A DNA stretch of 64,000 nucleotides from contig OZ360238.1 in the NCBI GenBank assembly GCA_977017645.1, forward strand, positions 45,260,001 to 45,324,000. The letters run 5' to 3'. The number at the start of each line of letters is the position of its first letter. Position 1 is the first letter of the stretch. This stretch comes from Torpedo marmorata (taxonomy: Eukaryota). A program made the translations under genes and the position numbers. A model generated the notes under the pieces. The model saw only the letters and a list, made by a program, of their open reading frames with translations. It searched no databases and was not told the origin of the DNA. Positions 23,657 through 36,639 of this stretch are shown one piece after another.

Positions 23657-26600
23657 AGGCGGTAGGTGGGCAGGGATTACGATGGAACTATGATGTTGTG
23701 GCCGTTACAGAGACTTGGCTGGAGGAAGGGCAGGATTGGCTGATGCAGGTACCAGGGTTTAGGTGTTTTAAAAGGAATAGGATGGGAGGTAAGAGGGGGA
23801 TGGAGTAGCATTACTGGTCAGGGATAGTATCACGGCTATAGAAAGGGAGGCCGCTGCAGAGGCAGTGTCTACTGAGACGGTGTGGGTGGAAGTCAGAAAC
23901 AGGAAGGGAGCAATCACTGTACTAGGAGTAGTCTATAGGCCCCCAAATAGCCCTCGGGACACCGAGGAGCAGATAAGCAGGCAGAATTTGGAATGGTGCA
24001 GGAAATACAGGGTTGTAATTATGGGTGATTTCAACTTCCCTAATATTGACTGGCACTTCCTGACTGCAAGAGGGATAAATGGAGCTGAATTTGTCAGGTG
24101 TGTTCAAGAAGGATTCCTGACACAGTATGTGGGCCGGCCAACGAGAGGAGAGGCCATACTGGATCTAATTTTGGGTAATGAAAGACCTCTCGGTGGGGGA
24201 GCATTTTGGTGAGAGTGACCACAACACCCTGAGCTTCAGCATAGCTATGGATAAGGATAAAAGTAGACAAAATGGGAAAGTGTTTAATTGGGGAAGGGCT
24301 AATTATGATGGGATGAGGCAGGAACTAACGAGAGTAAACTGGATACAGATGTTCGGGGTGAAAGCACAGAACTAATGTGGAGGAAGTTTAGGGACCACTT
24401 GTGATGGGTTCAGGATAGGTTTGTCCCACTGGGACAGGGAAAAGATGGTAGAAAAAGGGAACCGTGGTTGACGAGGCAGGTGAGGCAGCTAGTCAAGAGG
24501 AAGAAGGAAGAATACATTAGATTTCGGAAGCAGGAAACAGGAAGGGCTCGTGAGAAGTATATGATAGCCAGGAAGGAGCTTAAGAAAGAACTTAGGAGAG
24601 CTCGATATGAGAAGGCCTTGGCATGTAGGATTAAGGAGAACCCCAAGGTGTTCTATGCGTATGTGAAGAACAGAAGGATGACGAGAATGAAGATGGGGCC
24701 GCTAAAGGATAAAAGAGACAACATGTGCCTGGAGACGGAGGAGGTTGGGGAGGTCCTAAATGAATACTTTGCTTCAGTATTCACAAGAGAAAAGGACAGT
24801 GATCAGGATGAGGTCGGAATAGAACAGGCTTCTATGCTGGACAATGTGGAGATTAAGGAAGAGGAACTGTTGGATCTTCTTAAAAACATCAAGATTGATG
24901 TCCCTGGGGCCGTATGCTATATACCCCAGGTTGCTGTGGGAGCCACACTCATGCCCCTATCTACATCAATGGAGCTGTAGTAGAATGTGTATCAAGCTTC
25001 AAATTCCTTGATGTCCACATTTCCGATGATTTCACCTGGCCCCTGAACTCCTCCATCCTGATCAAAAAGGCTCATCAGCGCCTTTATTTCCTGCAGAGCA
25101 TCAAGAAAGCTCACCTCTGTCCCGGATACTGATGGATTTTTACCGCTGTACCATTGAGAGCATACTCACCTATGGAATCTCAGTGTGGTATGGCAACTGT
25201 CCCGTATCAGACCGTAAAGCACTCCAGCGGTTGGTGAAAACTGCCCAGTGGATTATCGGTAACCAATTACCCACCATTGAGAACATCTATCAGAAATGCC
25301 TGGGCAGGGCAAAAAGCATTATCAAGGATGCATCTCACCCTAACTATGGACTTTTTGCTCTCCTTCCATCTGGTAGGCGCTACAGGAACCTCCGCTCCCG
25401 AACCAGCTGGCTCAGGAAGAACTTCTTTCCTGAGGCTGTGACTCTGCTGAACCTTACATCAAGGCGCTGAGTGATGTTTTACCCATGTTGTACTGTCAGT
25501 ATTTTTGTAGTTGTTTGTTTGCTGGAGCACTTGTTTTTGTTCGCAGTTACTTGTAAATAGCACTATTTTTTTGTACCTCTGGTTAGATGCTAGTTGCATT
25601 TCATTGGCTTTGTATTGTACTTGGCACAATGACAATAAAGTTGAATCTAATCTAATCTAATCTAAAGTGAGGGAAGAGATAGCTGGAGCAGTAGCTATGA
25701 TCTTTGAGTCCTCTTTGGTCACAGGGGAGGTGCCAGAGGATTGAAGAATGGGAAATGTAGTCCCCTTGTTTAAAAAAGATAGTAGGGAGAATCCTGTGAA
25801 TTATAGAACGGTGAGTCTTGCGTCGATGGTGTGCAAACTATTGGAGAGGATTCTTAAGGATAGGATCTATGAGCATTTGGAGAAGTACAGTCTACTCAAG
25901 TATAGTCAGCATAGCTTTGTGAAGGGAAGGTCGTGCCTCACGAGCCTAATTGAGTTTTTTGAGGAGGTAACAAAAGAAATTGATGAGGCTAGGGCGGTAG
26001 ATGTGGTCTATATGAATTTTAGCAAGGCATTTGACAAGGTCCTCCATGAGAGACTCATCCAGAAAGTCATGAGGCATGGGATCCATGGAACCTTGGCTGT
26101 GTGGATAAAAAATTGGCTTGCAGGTAGAAAGCAGAGAGTAATAGTGGAAGAAAAGTATCCTGCCTGGAGGTCAGTGACTAGTGGAGTACCGCAAGGATTT
26201 ATTCTTTGTGATTTTTATAAATACCTGGATGAATAGGTGAAAGGATGGGTCAGTAAGTTTGCAGGTGATACGAAGGTTGGAGGAGTTGTGGATGGAGCTG
26301 AAGTTTGTCGAAGGTTACAAGAGGAGATAGACAGGATGCAGTGTTGGGCAGAGAATTGGTAGATGGAGTTCAATCCGGATAAGTGTGAGGTGATGCATTT
26401 TGGAAGGACAAACCAGAAGGCTGAGTATAGGGTTAATAGCCAGTTACTTAAGAGTGTGGATGAACAGAGGGACCTTGGGGTCCAAATCCATGCATTCCTC
26501 AAGGCCGCCGCACAGGTTAATAGGATAGTTAAGAAGGCCTGTGGGATGCTGGGCTTCATTAGTCGGGGGATTGAGTTCAGGAGCAGAGATGTCATGTTGC

Positions 26601-27170
26601 AACTCTACAAATCCCTGTTGAGATCACACTTACAGTATTGTGTTCAGTTCTGGTCACCTCATTACAGGAAGGATGTGGAAGCTATGGAGAGGGTGCAGAG
26701 GAGATTTACCAGGATGTTACCTGGATTGGAAAATAAGTCTTATGAGGCAAGGTTAGTAGAGCTGGGACTTTTCTCTTTGGAGCGTAGAAGGATGAGAGGA
26801 GACTTGATAGAGGTCTACAAGATTATGCGAGGCATAGATAGGGTGGATAGCCAGTACCTGTTTCCCAGGGCAGGAATAAGAAACACCAGATGACGTGTAC
26901 AAAGTAAAGGGAGGGAAGTTTAGGGGAGACATCAGGGGTAAGTTTTTTACGCAGAGAGTTGTGGGTGCCTGGAATGCATTGCTAGGGGTGGTGGTGGTGG
27001 CTGAAACATTAGGGGCATTTAAGAGACTCCTAGACAGGCAGAAGGATGGAAGAAAAATAGAGGGTTACGTGGTAGGGAGGGTTTAGTACTTATTTTAAAG
27101 GAGTATATGGGTTGGCACAACATCGAGGGCTGAAGGGCCTGTACTGTGCTGTAGTTCTGTGTTCTATGAT
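23657..27170 (+). mobile_element. CR1-type LINE (APE endonuclease + RT), nearly full ORF2 with stops and frameshifts, interrupted by Rex1
   Basis: VTETW, GVVYRPP, MGDFNFPNIDW, SDH (APE); NYRTVSL, FSKAFDKV, SGVPQG, KFAGDTK (RT); tail GAAGGGCCTGTACTGTGCTGTAGTTCTGTGTTCTATG. Confidence 0.93.
24942..25665 (+). mobile_element. Rex1 3' fragment nested in CR1
   Basis: FKFLDVHISDD..KKAHQRLYFL; FYRCTIESILT; tail AATAAAGTTG(AATCT)n; CR1 text TTGCTGTGGGA|AGTGAGGGAAGAG rejoins across it. Confidence 0.9.
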
Positions 27171-28200
27171 TGAGAGGCTGTGGGTTTTGCTTTATCCCTG
27201 CATGGAAATACTGCGCGCAAAAGAGCTGCTCTTGCATGGAGTACCATCTTAGGGTGGTTCCAGGTTTGGGTTTAAACTGAGGATGCTGAAGGGACCTTCT
27301 GAAGTTGTACCAGGCCTCAGAGGCTCCCTAACGATGCCTTTGTGAAGCAGCCTGAGAACTGGAGAAGGACTGTGGGAAATGTGATATCCTGGACCACCAC
27401 CGATACTACATCAATCATCAGGATTTTAGCCTCGACTGGTGGGTATGCAAGAAATCAATAACAACCCTGTCATTTACAGCAGAAAATAACTGTACAATAT
27501 CTAAATATTTAATAGGTGCTTTAATAATTAATCTGCAGCAGGGTCAGTGGTTTCCTTCTCCCATAAAATATTATCAAAGTGAAAGCTCAGATCTTTCTCT
27601 CCGATTTTATTTTTGCTGTTCAAACGACAACAATCAATTGCCATCAAAAGATCAGAGGGCGTGTTTGTTCTGCTTCTTATTGTGCTGTGTTGAACTTCCC
27701 GTGACTGGAAATGGAAGTCAGCAGTTTATCCCCTTGAGCCTGTCCTGACATGTAATGAGATGTTGTCTGATCTGCAAACCACCTCCATGTCACCATTCCT
27801 TTTGTAGTATCCCATCATATCCTAAAATGATCAACCTCCAATCACTGACACCAGTTTCCAGTTGTGGATGTGTTCAAAACTTCTGCCACCTTTTGTGTAT
27901 AAAATATTTCTGAACTCCACTTCTGCACTGCTAAGTATTAAGTTTTCGACTAAGTGTCCTGGTTCTCAACAAGCACAAATAGTTTCTCTCTATCTGTCCA
28001 AGAGTTTATTTTAATATCTTGAAATCAAATTGCCCCTTTAGTTTCTAAATTCCATTGTTCTATAATTTAGAATCTAAATTCCCTTAATCATCTGAATTCT
28101 GTTATCTGTGACCAATCAATAGTGTGCTTTCTCCAATTCCAGCACATCGTTCTTAAAATGTCGAACCTAAAAAAACCTTACATTGTTTCAAATAAAAAAA

Positions 28201-28990
28201 ATACTCACCAGGTCTTGCAGCGTCCGTGGGAGGTAAAGATAAGAACATAAGAAATAGGAGCAGGAGTAGGTCGAGCCTGCTCCGCCATTCAATGTGATCA
28301 TGGCTGATCTGATGATAGACTCATCTCCACCTACCTGCCTTTTCCCCATATCCCTTAATTCCCCTACTTTGTAAAAATCGATCTAACCTTGTCTTAAATA
28401 TATTTACTGAGGTAGCCGCCACTGCTTCAATGGGCAGCGAATTCCACAGATTCACCACCCTCTGGGAAAAGCAGTTCCTCCTCATTTCCGTCCTAAATCT
28501 GCTACCCTGAATCTTGAGGCTATGTCCCCTAGTTCTAGTCTCCCCTATCAATGGAAACAACTTACCTACTACCTTGTCTATTCCTTTCATAATTTTATAT
28601 GTTTCTATAAGATCCCCTCTCATTCTTCTAAATTCAAGCGAGTACAATCCCAAACGACTCAATGTCTCCTCATAGGCTAATCCCCTCCTCTCTGGAATCA
28701 ACCAAGTGAACCTCCTGTGCACTGCCTCCAAAGCCAGTACATCTTTCCTCAAGTAAGGAGACCAGAACTGCACACAGTACTCCAGTTGCGGCCTCACCAG
28801 TACCTTACATAACCAACGTTTCGGGCCTGAGCACTTCAAGAGCCCTTCTTCCATACCTTGAAGGGCTCAAGCCAGAAATGTTGGTTATATATCTTTATAT
28901 CCCATGGACGCTGCGAGACCTGCTGAGTTCCTCCAGCAATTTTGTGTTTTTACTATAATCATAGTGTCGGCAGACTTTCGTGTTTCCTTC
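28201..28990. mobile_element. Inverted pair of PLE pseudo-LTR/hammerhead modules; left arm interrupted by CR1
   Basis: Left arm 28201-28240 plus 28807-28840 is the reverse complement of the right arm at 28857-28935. Confidence 0.72.
28241..28806 (-). mobile_element. CR1 3' fragment
   Basis: ORF 28321-28854: RPQLEYCVQFWSPY..RGDLIETYKI..FSQRVVNLWNSLP. Confidence 0.9.
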
Positions 28991-30629
28991 CATTGTATCA
29001 GCAGCTTTAGCTGTACAAATGAGTAGCAAAGTGTCAGACGATTGCTTCTGCCCCTGTGTGGACATAGGTGCAATAGAGCTTCCTCTACATTGAGGTTGTC
29101 AGTTACCAGTGTTCAACAGCAGTGCTTCCGTGTTTACATACAGATATATAGTGCACGAGTTCACACTGTTTCACAAAGGAAGTGCGCCCTCGATAAATAC
29201 AGCATGTAGGCCTCCGATATTTTTCACCCCCACATCGATACATGCGTACGAAACTCACTCTCCATTACAGTTTTATATTGGGTTTCATCTGTGGGTTGTG
29301 ACCTTCTCAAAGAAATTAATTTGGAGAGATGGGTACGTTGAGATGCCCAGTCACATAATCACATCTGTGATTATGCAACACCTTCTGAGCTTGTAGTATT
29401 TCAGAAGCTCTCATGCTTAAGGCATTTAAGCACTTAAACGAGAATTTATTTATATTATATTACAAGAGAGTTGAGGCTCTTGTTAGTCATTAAGTTGCAT
29501 TCCATTTAATAAGGGTTCCTAGATCCAAGAAGGCATCATCTTTTCCATGCCAGCTTTTATTTGTGTGTGTGTCAGCTAAATAATCATAGGAACATCTTGG
29601 GGTCAGTTGGACCTGATCAAGATGAATGATCTGTTGAAAACTAAAGCAGAAGGAAAGGTTTAGCTTTGTAACTGAATTCAAAATGAGATAAATCAGATCA
29701 TTTAACTCTTCCCTCGTGCAGCTAATGACGTGTGTGTGTTCGTGTGTCCGTGTACACTGTCTGCCATTGATCGGATGCTTGTTATCTGGCTCCACAATAT
29801 TGTTCCTTGTCACGGCATCAACAATAGACAGGATGGTCAGCAAAGGAAGCCACCAGGCGTTGCTTAGCAACAAAGCAATGCTGGGCTTCAGCAGCAGAGT
29901 TCATTTCCTTAATTAGATTATTGTAAATTATGCTGGGGCATGTGCATTTTTATTTAAATCAACCAGAAACTACTGGATCACTCACAGAAACACTGTTGCT
30001 CTTAAGGGAAAAAACAGAAGCTGGGTAAGCTGTGGCAAGTACCTCTCTTCCTGATTCCCCAAAGCCTTCCTTCCATCGACATGGAATGTCCACTTGTCTG
30101 GATGAGTGCAGTGCCAAAAGCATACAAGAGGCTCGACGGCGTGTAGGACAGAGCAGCCCACAAAGAGCTTTCTGTCCACCACGCTGCGCAAAACGTTTGC
30201 ATCATTGGTGCACCAAGGGGACTCTCTACAAAACACACAGGATTTGCACATTCTCGTAGCTCATTCTCGAACCATTAAGGGCAGCGGGTGCAATGGAATA
30301 CAGCCACCGTCTGCGGGCTCTTCTCTAAGCCACGTGTCATCCTGATGTCGACAGCTTCTTCGCTGTTGACGAGTCTGAATTCTGGGACTTCCTGCCCTAA
30401 TAGCACAGTTGACAGCCTTCACCAGAAATAGAGCAGCGGTTCAAGAGGTCCGCTCGCCAGCACCTTTGCAAAGGAAGTTGGGGATGAGTGAGAAACGCTC
30501 TCCTCATCGGCCATGCCCACATCCCAGAAAATCAATAATCCAGGGAATGTTCTTGGTTGTGATTTGGCCAAAGTATCATTTGGTGTCTCGTCATTTTGAC
30601 ATTCTGATTGATGTAACACAATTGAAAGT

Positions 30630-30810
30630 GGAACTGGAAGAAGCAGTCACTGGTAGATGGTTTAAAAAGCATTTGGACCAGTGCATAGATAGGAATGGGA
30701 TAGAAGGATATGGATCAAAGGTAGGAAAATGGGATTAGTGTAGCTAGGAATCTTGGCCAGCATGGATGAGTGGAGCGGAAGGGCCTTTCTCAGTGCTGTA
30801 CAATGTTATG
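30630..30810 (+). mobile_element. Decayed CR1 3' tail
   Basis: TTTAAAAAGCATTTGGAC..GAAGGGCCTTTCTCAGTGCTGTA. Confidence 0.6.
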
Positions 30811-31184
30811 GATGGTCGGCTCATTGCACCCAGTGGCACCACTGAAATAATGGACTCCCATGGTTCTTGTTCCATCCAATTAATTTCATCCTCATAACTG
30901 ATGATTTATCCTTCTCCTAGGTTGCTGCTTCATTATTCATCCTTTTTTTTTGCTGACTGTGGCCCACCTATGAACTATGCATCAATACAACCTCTTCATT
31001 CACAGGGTCGTCCTCCATGTAAACACAAGCAACACACACAGTCATTCTCCATGGAATGCAGCACAACAGTTCCCAGTGCTATTGTAAAAGGCTACTCATC
31101 GAAAGTCCCATCAACAATCTGCTTCCTGCCCTCCCACAGAAACTTCCAAGAATGAGGCTGCTTTTTGGGAAGGGAGTTCTCTAT

Positions 31185-31520
31185 TCTCACTACTGCCATC
31201 AGGAAAGAGGTAGAGGTGCCCACAGGACACATACCACCTGGTTCAGGAGCAGTTGCTACCCCTCCACCATCAGACTCCTAAACAACAGGCTCAATCAGAA
31301 CTCTTTCTTTGCACATTATTTATTAGGGAATATTTATTTTTTTCTGTATTTTGCACAGTCAGTTTCTTTATATTTCTCTTTGTTCACATTTCTCTCTTTT
31401 GTATATGTATCTTTTTTCTTGAATACACTACCGATAAGTAGAAATTCTGCAGGAAAAAGAATCTCAGGGTTGTATGTGATGTCGTGTGTACTCTAACAAT
31501 AAATTTGAACTTGAACTTGC
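31185..31520 (+). mobile_element. Rex1-type 3' fragment
   Basis: RTHTTWFRSSCYPSTIRLLN, then tail AACAATAAATTTGAACTTGAACTTG. Confidence 0.7.
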
Positions 31521-31979
31521 TCTTAGTCACCCGAGCCAGATGATTACAGAAGGCTGGACCAAACAATTCTCACTGCAGGTTAATGGAGTATAGACCTCGT
31601 CAGCGGTTGGTTCTGACTCTACCTCCCTGATATTATCCGTAGAGAGAGTTTGTCAACGTCGGGTTGAAGGGATGCGAGTTCTCCCTGTGGTGATGCAGGA
31701 GCAGATGAAGTCAGGAGACCAGAGCCCCTGTATTCACAGTCGAAATCTGTTGTGGATTCTTGTGCCTTAAACTGTCTGAGCACTGTAAACACTACAAAGT
31801 TTATGTTTAATGTATGAATCAGCCAATGGAAGGAAGGTAAAGAATAGCGCTTTGCAAATTTGCATAAAAACTTATCTTTCAATTCATTTAACAAAATATC
31901 TGCTGATCGATTTTTGAAATGTGCACAATTATGAACAAACTAGATTGTGACGTTACCTTTCTGTCTTGTGTTGCTCTAG

Positions 31980-32121
31980 ATATCTGGAGTCTGGGAGTGA
32001 TCCTGTACATGCTGGTGTGTGGATGTCCACCTTTCCATGAGGCCAACGACAGTGAGACCCTCACCATGATCATGGACTGTCGCTACACCGTTCCGCAGCA
32101 CATCTCTGACAATTGCAGGAG
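31980..32121 (+). CDS. SNRK: Internal coding exon (142 bp) of an SNF-related serine/threonine kinase (SNRK or paralog), kinase subdomains IX-X
   Basis: Encodes (D)[46 protein letters not shown]; the [14 protein letters not shown] string is characteristic of SNRK. Preceded by a polypyrimidine tract and AG (31978-31979), followed by donor GTAGGT (32122). Confidence 0.9.
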
Positions 32122-32442
32122 GTAGGTACGACACTCTCCATCTCCAGCTGTGCAACCCTGCGGATCCTTGGTTAATCCTGCATTAACTTGGCTACAGTCC
32201 CACTCGGACAGCTGCCAAAGTGATGAGTGCTGAGCCCTGGAGAGCAGCAGTTGTATGTCTCCAGGATCCGTGCGCCTGTCCTGCACTGGCCATCCTTGCA
32301 GTTCATCAAACAGATGTCAACCTGTCCACAGAGTTGGACGAGCCTGTTGAAGAAAGCCGAGGCCTTGGGCATGGCCAACCTTGGGGCTCCTGACTTGCAC
32401 TCTCTCTCTAGTTTCTGGCCATATTTACTTTTTAATTTTAAC

Positions 32443-32650
32443 AATAGAATACGGTAGAAGGCCCTTCCGGCCCATGAAACCCGTGCCGCCCAATTAACCA
32501 ACCAACACTGTATGTTTTGGAGTGTGGGGGGAAACCGGAGTACCAAGAGGAAACCCATGCAGGTCACAGGGAGAAAGTACAAACTCCTCACAGACCTGGG
32601 TTTGAACCTGGGTTGCTGGTGCTGTAATAGTGTTGTGCTAACCGTGCCAT
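32443..32650 (-). mobile_element. V-SINE (HE1-like) tRNA-derived SINE
   Basis: Minus strand has a B-box (GGTTCAAACCC), V-domain GGAGTTTGTAC..GGGTTTCCTC..CTCCGGTTTCC.CCCAC and a CR1-like tail GAAGGGCC. Confidence 0.75.
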
Positions 32651-33591
32651 CAATAACCTGGTTATGTTGCCTTGACATCCATTGCAACATGGCTTTATTC
32701 CGCAGTTCACTGAAACCTCTGGATGACGGAGGTGTGTGTATTAAGGAGAGTAAAATAATGTTCAGGCTTTGGGATATTTACAACATAACTGTGTGGCTTG
32801 TTGATTTTTTGTTTGTACACACTTCCTGCCCTGACACTGGATGTGTGGCTGTATCGCTTCCTCCTGACATAGAAAGCTGTTCATCTCTGCAGACCACTTC
32901 AATGTCGCTGTTTCAATGCAGTGTCAGTGAATTTGGTTGTGACCTGTGGCTTTTACTGGTCTGTTGTTTTGCTGAAGGTGTTCCTGTGGTTCTCTTTGAG
33001 GAGGAGATTCAGGATTGTGAGGGAGAAGCAATGTTTCACGTCAGGATGTTGTGGAATGCGGAGGTAAACGTTACTGTGGTCCATCGGGGCGAGGTGGGGC
33101 GCACGGGTTTATTGCAGGAAACAGTTGAAATGGAAAACCTTTTTTGGACAACTTACCATATTCGAGTTAGAACTAGAGGCAAGTGAGCATTCTTTGTTGG
33201 GTTCTAATTTGTAGAATATGACTGAATGAAGGATTTGTGGGAAGCTCGCCGTGCCTAAAGCAATTTTTTCTCCAATGATTGTTCACAAAACGGGTTTATT
33301 TTTAAAGCTGACAGTGCAGCTGCTCCCTCGATTTGAATGTTACTCCTGCAAAATTCATTTGATGGGAGTCTGGCCCCGATGATCCAAAAGGTCAGTGAGG
33401 ACTCGTGGAAGCTATCTCTCCCTGTGCAGAATTCTGGCAGCAGTGCCTCTTTACAACTGGTGTGTTCATCACTTTTACGCGCACAACACACATCTGTATG
33501 TGCGCGACTGGCTTGAAGTCCTGAGGTGACATACTGCAAACCGGCTATTGGGTTCAATTGAACGTGAAGGCGAATAATAGTGGTCAAAGAG

Positions 33592-34100
33592 GATAGACAA
33601 TAGACAATAGACATTAGGAGCTGGAGTAGGCCCTTCGGCCCGTCGAGCCAGCACCGCCATTTTACAGATCATGGCTGATCACTACTATCAGTACCCCTTA
33701 CAAGCCTTATCCCCATAACCCTTAACTCCTCTGCCCACTAGAGTCTTATCTAACTCTCTTTTGAACATAATCAGCGAATCTGCCTCTACCACCCTCTGTG
33801 GCAGAGCATTCCACAGATTCACACTTCTCTGGGTAAAAAAAATTTTCCTCATCTCCGTCCTAAAGGGCCTTCCCTGTATTCTTAAACTATGCCCTCTAGT
33901 CCTCGTCTCTCCCATCATTGGGAACAAGTAATCTGACTTCACCCTGTCTATCCCCTTGATAATTTTGTATACCTCAATCATGTCCCCCCTCATCCTTCTA
34001 AACTCCATCGGATATAAGTCCAGTTTTTCTAACCTTTCAGCATATGTCAACCCTGCCATCCCTGGAACTAACCTTGTAAATCTGCGCTGCACACCCACTA
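33592..34100 (-). mobile_element. CR1 3' fragment
   Basis: VQRRFTRLVPG..RGDMIEVYKI..FFTQRSVNLWNALP; tail (CTATTGT)n. Confidence 0.9.
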
Positions 34101-34337
34101 TAGGATGGTTGAGATAGTTGGAGGAAGGGAGTAAGTTCATGAAATTGTACTTTGTCCAAATATTGCCAATTATGTCGAGCTGGTGGTTGTTTATAAACGG
34201 GTTATTTGGAATGCTTCTAATCCCACAGCATGCTCTTGCCATGCCCTGGTATCAAGAAGAGTTGGTGTATGGCGAGAAATATCACTGTTTCAATGAGTGC
34301 ATCTAAAGTTGCTAACTACAGCAGGTTGGTTGAATTG

Positions 34338-34604
34338 TGCTGACATTGTAACTGATGAGAATTGTGCGTAGACGGTGTAAACAGACAGAGGGGGGATAGG
34401 CGGAGTGCAGTGGTACATCGTGCTGACATTGTAACGGATGAGAATTGTGTGGACAGTGTGAACAGACGGAGGGAGGGACAGGCAGAAGGAAGGACAGGCG
34501 AAGGTGGAAGTGCGGTGGTACATCGTGCTGACATCATGGATGAGAATCATGTGGACGGTGTGAACAGACGGAGGGAGGGGCAGGCAGAGTGCAATGTTAC
34601 ATCG
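34338..34604. repeat. Minisatellite, three diverged units of about 80-105 bp
   Basis: Each unit begins TGCTGACAT..GATGAGAAT and contains AACAGAC..GAGGG and TACATCG. Confidence 0.8.
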
Positions 34605-34974
34605 GGTGAATGAGCTGATGAAGAACACGGTAACGCAACTGGCTGCAGATCCAGCTGTTGGTGTGAAATCGCCGGTGCTTTGGATCCAGAGGTTGGTTGG
34701 TCCCTGTCGTTCCTGTCTTGAGGCTGGGAATGTGAAATGCTGTCTGAGGCAGGCTGTTCCACATTAAGGTGCATGGTGAGCGGTGACTGTCGATTGCCAT
34801 TACTCACCGCCTTTGGCTCACTTCTGACGCTCTTCCCCAGTGGCTTCTCAAACCACAATGTATCGGCAACTCCTCTGAACATTGGAGGGGCTTGTGTTTG
34901 ATCTATTGCCAGATTGTTCATCATCTTGAATGTGTCATCTCAGATGAGACCCTAGAATCGTTTCTGTGATCCAG

Positions 34975-35090
34975 CCTTTTGGATGAAGGGCTACCATCGT
35001 GGGTGGGCATCAAGGGTCCCACTCTCTTTGAAGTAGAGCAGGAGAGCACTTCTGATGCCTGGTCAATGATTGTCCCTCAGTTAACACCTA
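34975..35090 (+). mobile_element. Deu-SINE-like relic
   Basis: TTTGAAGTAGAGCAGGAGAG..TGCCTGGTCAATGATTGTCCCTCAGTTAACA resembles the Deu domain. Confidence 0.45.
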
Positions 35091-36296
35091 AAATGCACAA
35101 ATACAAATGCAAAATGCTGGAAATTCTTCGAGCTGATGTTGACTTTACTTCACCATGAGCTCTGCCTGACCTGCTGAGTATTTGCTATTTATTTCAGATT
35201 CCCAGGATTTCTCACTTTTGTACTTTAATGGCAAAGAAACACAGATAGTCTGTTTGTTTTTGCCCTGTTGTTCGAGGGGTTTGCAGTACACCGAATATTT
35301 GATCAGTATCACCCTGTTTGGGGGACCTTGATGTGTGCAGATTATCTGTTTCTCATCCCACTGTTGTTTGAGGGAGACGTATGTCATGGTTGTGCTGAAG
35401 CGCTTTGCAGCAACAAAAAACCCATGGGAATTGTCAACCGGAGTTTGCGGTCGAGCTTCATTTCGGCTGAGACCGTAGTGCTTGGTGTTCCCTTCGATGT
35501 GCCCTGCTGTCCAACTTGGCCACCAGCACCTCTGAGCAGGAGGAACACCCCATGGCATTCTGTTTGCAGCAAACCACAGTCTTGCAACATTTTCAAGCTG
35601 GCAGGCGGTGCCATGTACTGGTGGGCTCGTGCCGAGGTACAGTTGGAGGGAGGGAAAGGTGGCTTGGTCTTGGTCATTTCCCTATCATTGCAGCTCTGTT
35701 CTGAGTACCTGCACTCAGGTCCAAGGGAGTGGGTGTATGGAAGGATCTATAAATTGCTCCAAATGGCGTAGTTTGGGATTAAGAGTTGATTGATTAATTA
35801 AACATCAGCTCAGTGGTCCAAACATGTGGCTGCGGACGTTGACTGCATATTGGAGCTGAGGTGGTGTGGCCAAGAACGAGTCTAATTTTAGTTGGAATGT
35901 AGGCTGATCATGAGCAGACATGAGTGTAGGATCATGGCAACGCTTTGAACTAACTCCATGTGTCTGGTTTTGTATCAATCGGTACTCCTTCCTGTCTCCA
36001 AGTTTAAATCCATTGTGCCAATGTTAATGGTCATTTATGGCAGAGAATGCCCCCTTCCCTCTACATGTGTAAGTGTATCATTGTTTCCCTTTTGAAAGAC
36101 CTGGCTGGAATTCTTTTGGAAAATGTTGGGCTTCTTGGCCAGTGGAAATAGTTTCCTGTTGGTTACTCCCAGTGCAAAATAAGACAGAGAGAATTGACAG
36201 CTTCTTCAGTGAAGTAGGAACCTCCAAGGAATCGGAGAACTTGGAGTTAGCTTTTTAAATGTCATTTCTGTCAGTGAGATCCGGAGCTTGAGGCAC

Positions 36297-36380
36297 AGAA
36301 GACTGCAGACGCTGGAATCTGGAGCAAAAAGTCAGTCTCCTGGAGGAACCCAGCAGGTGGAGCAGCATCAGTGGGAGGGA
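36297..36380 (-). mobile_element. Decayed PLE pseudo-LTR tail
   Basis: CTGCAGACGCTGGAATCTGGAGCAAAAA..CTGGAGGAACCCAGCAGG. Confidence 0.5.
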
Positions 36381-36639
36381 GAGGGTGCCTTTGGGGTAAC
36401 TCGTGTTGAATGATCAAGGCTCAGGGTGGGCAATGGGGAGAAATGGTTTGGAGGTTGTTCTTTGAATCGCCATGCTGACTTTTTCCTCCCAACCAAGCTT
36501 TGGCAGAGCAGGAGGATTACCTGCTGAAATTAGGTGTCAGACTCACCCACCTGGGCTGGGCTGCACCCTCCAGTGGTGAAATGAAGAGCATGCACATAAT
36601 TAGCTTTTACCTGATCACAGATGAACGCAGAAAAATATT

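Noticed and set aside
32512-33186. 224-aa ORF after the SNRK exon
   Set aside because: It begins in the antisense strand of a V-SINE, has no recognisable domain and shows no similarity to the expected next SNRK exon.
34338-34604. CRISPR-like array
   Set aside because: Whole units are homologous with no unique spacers, there are no cas genes, and the context is vertebrate.
35145-35793. Cluster of overlapping ORFs of up to 167 aa
   Set aside because: No domain motifs or convincing splice context; consistent with chance.
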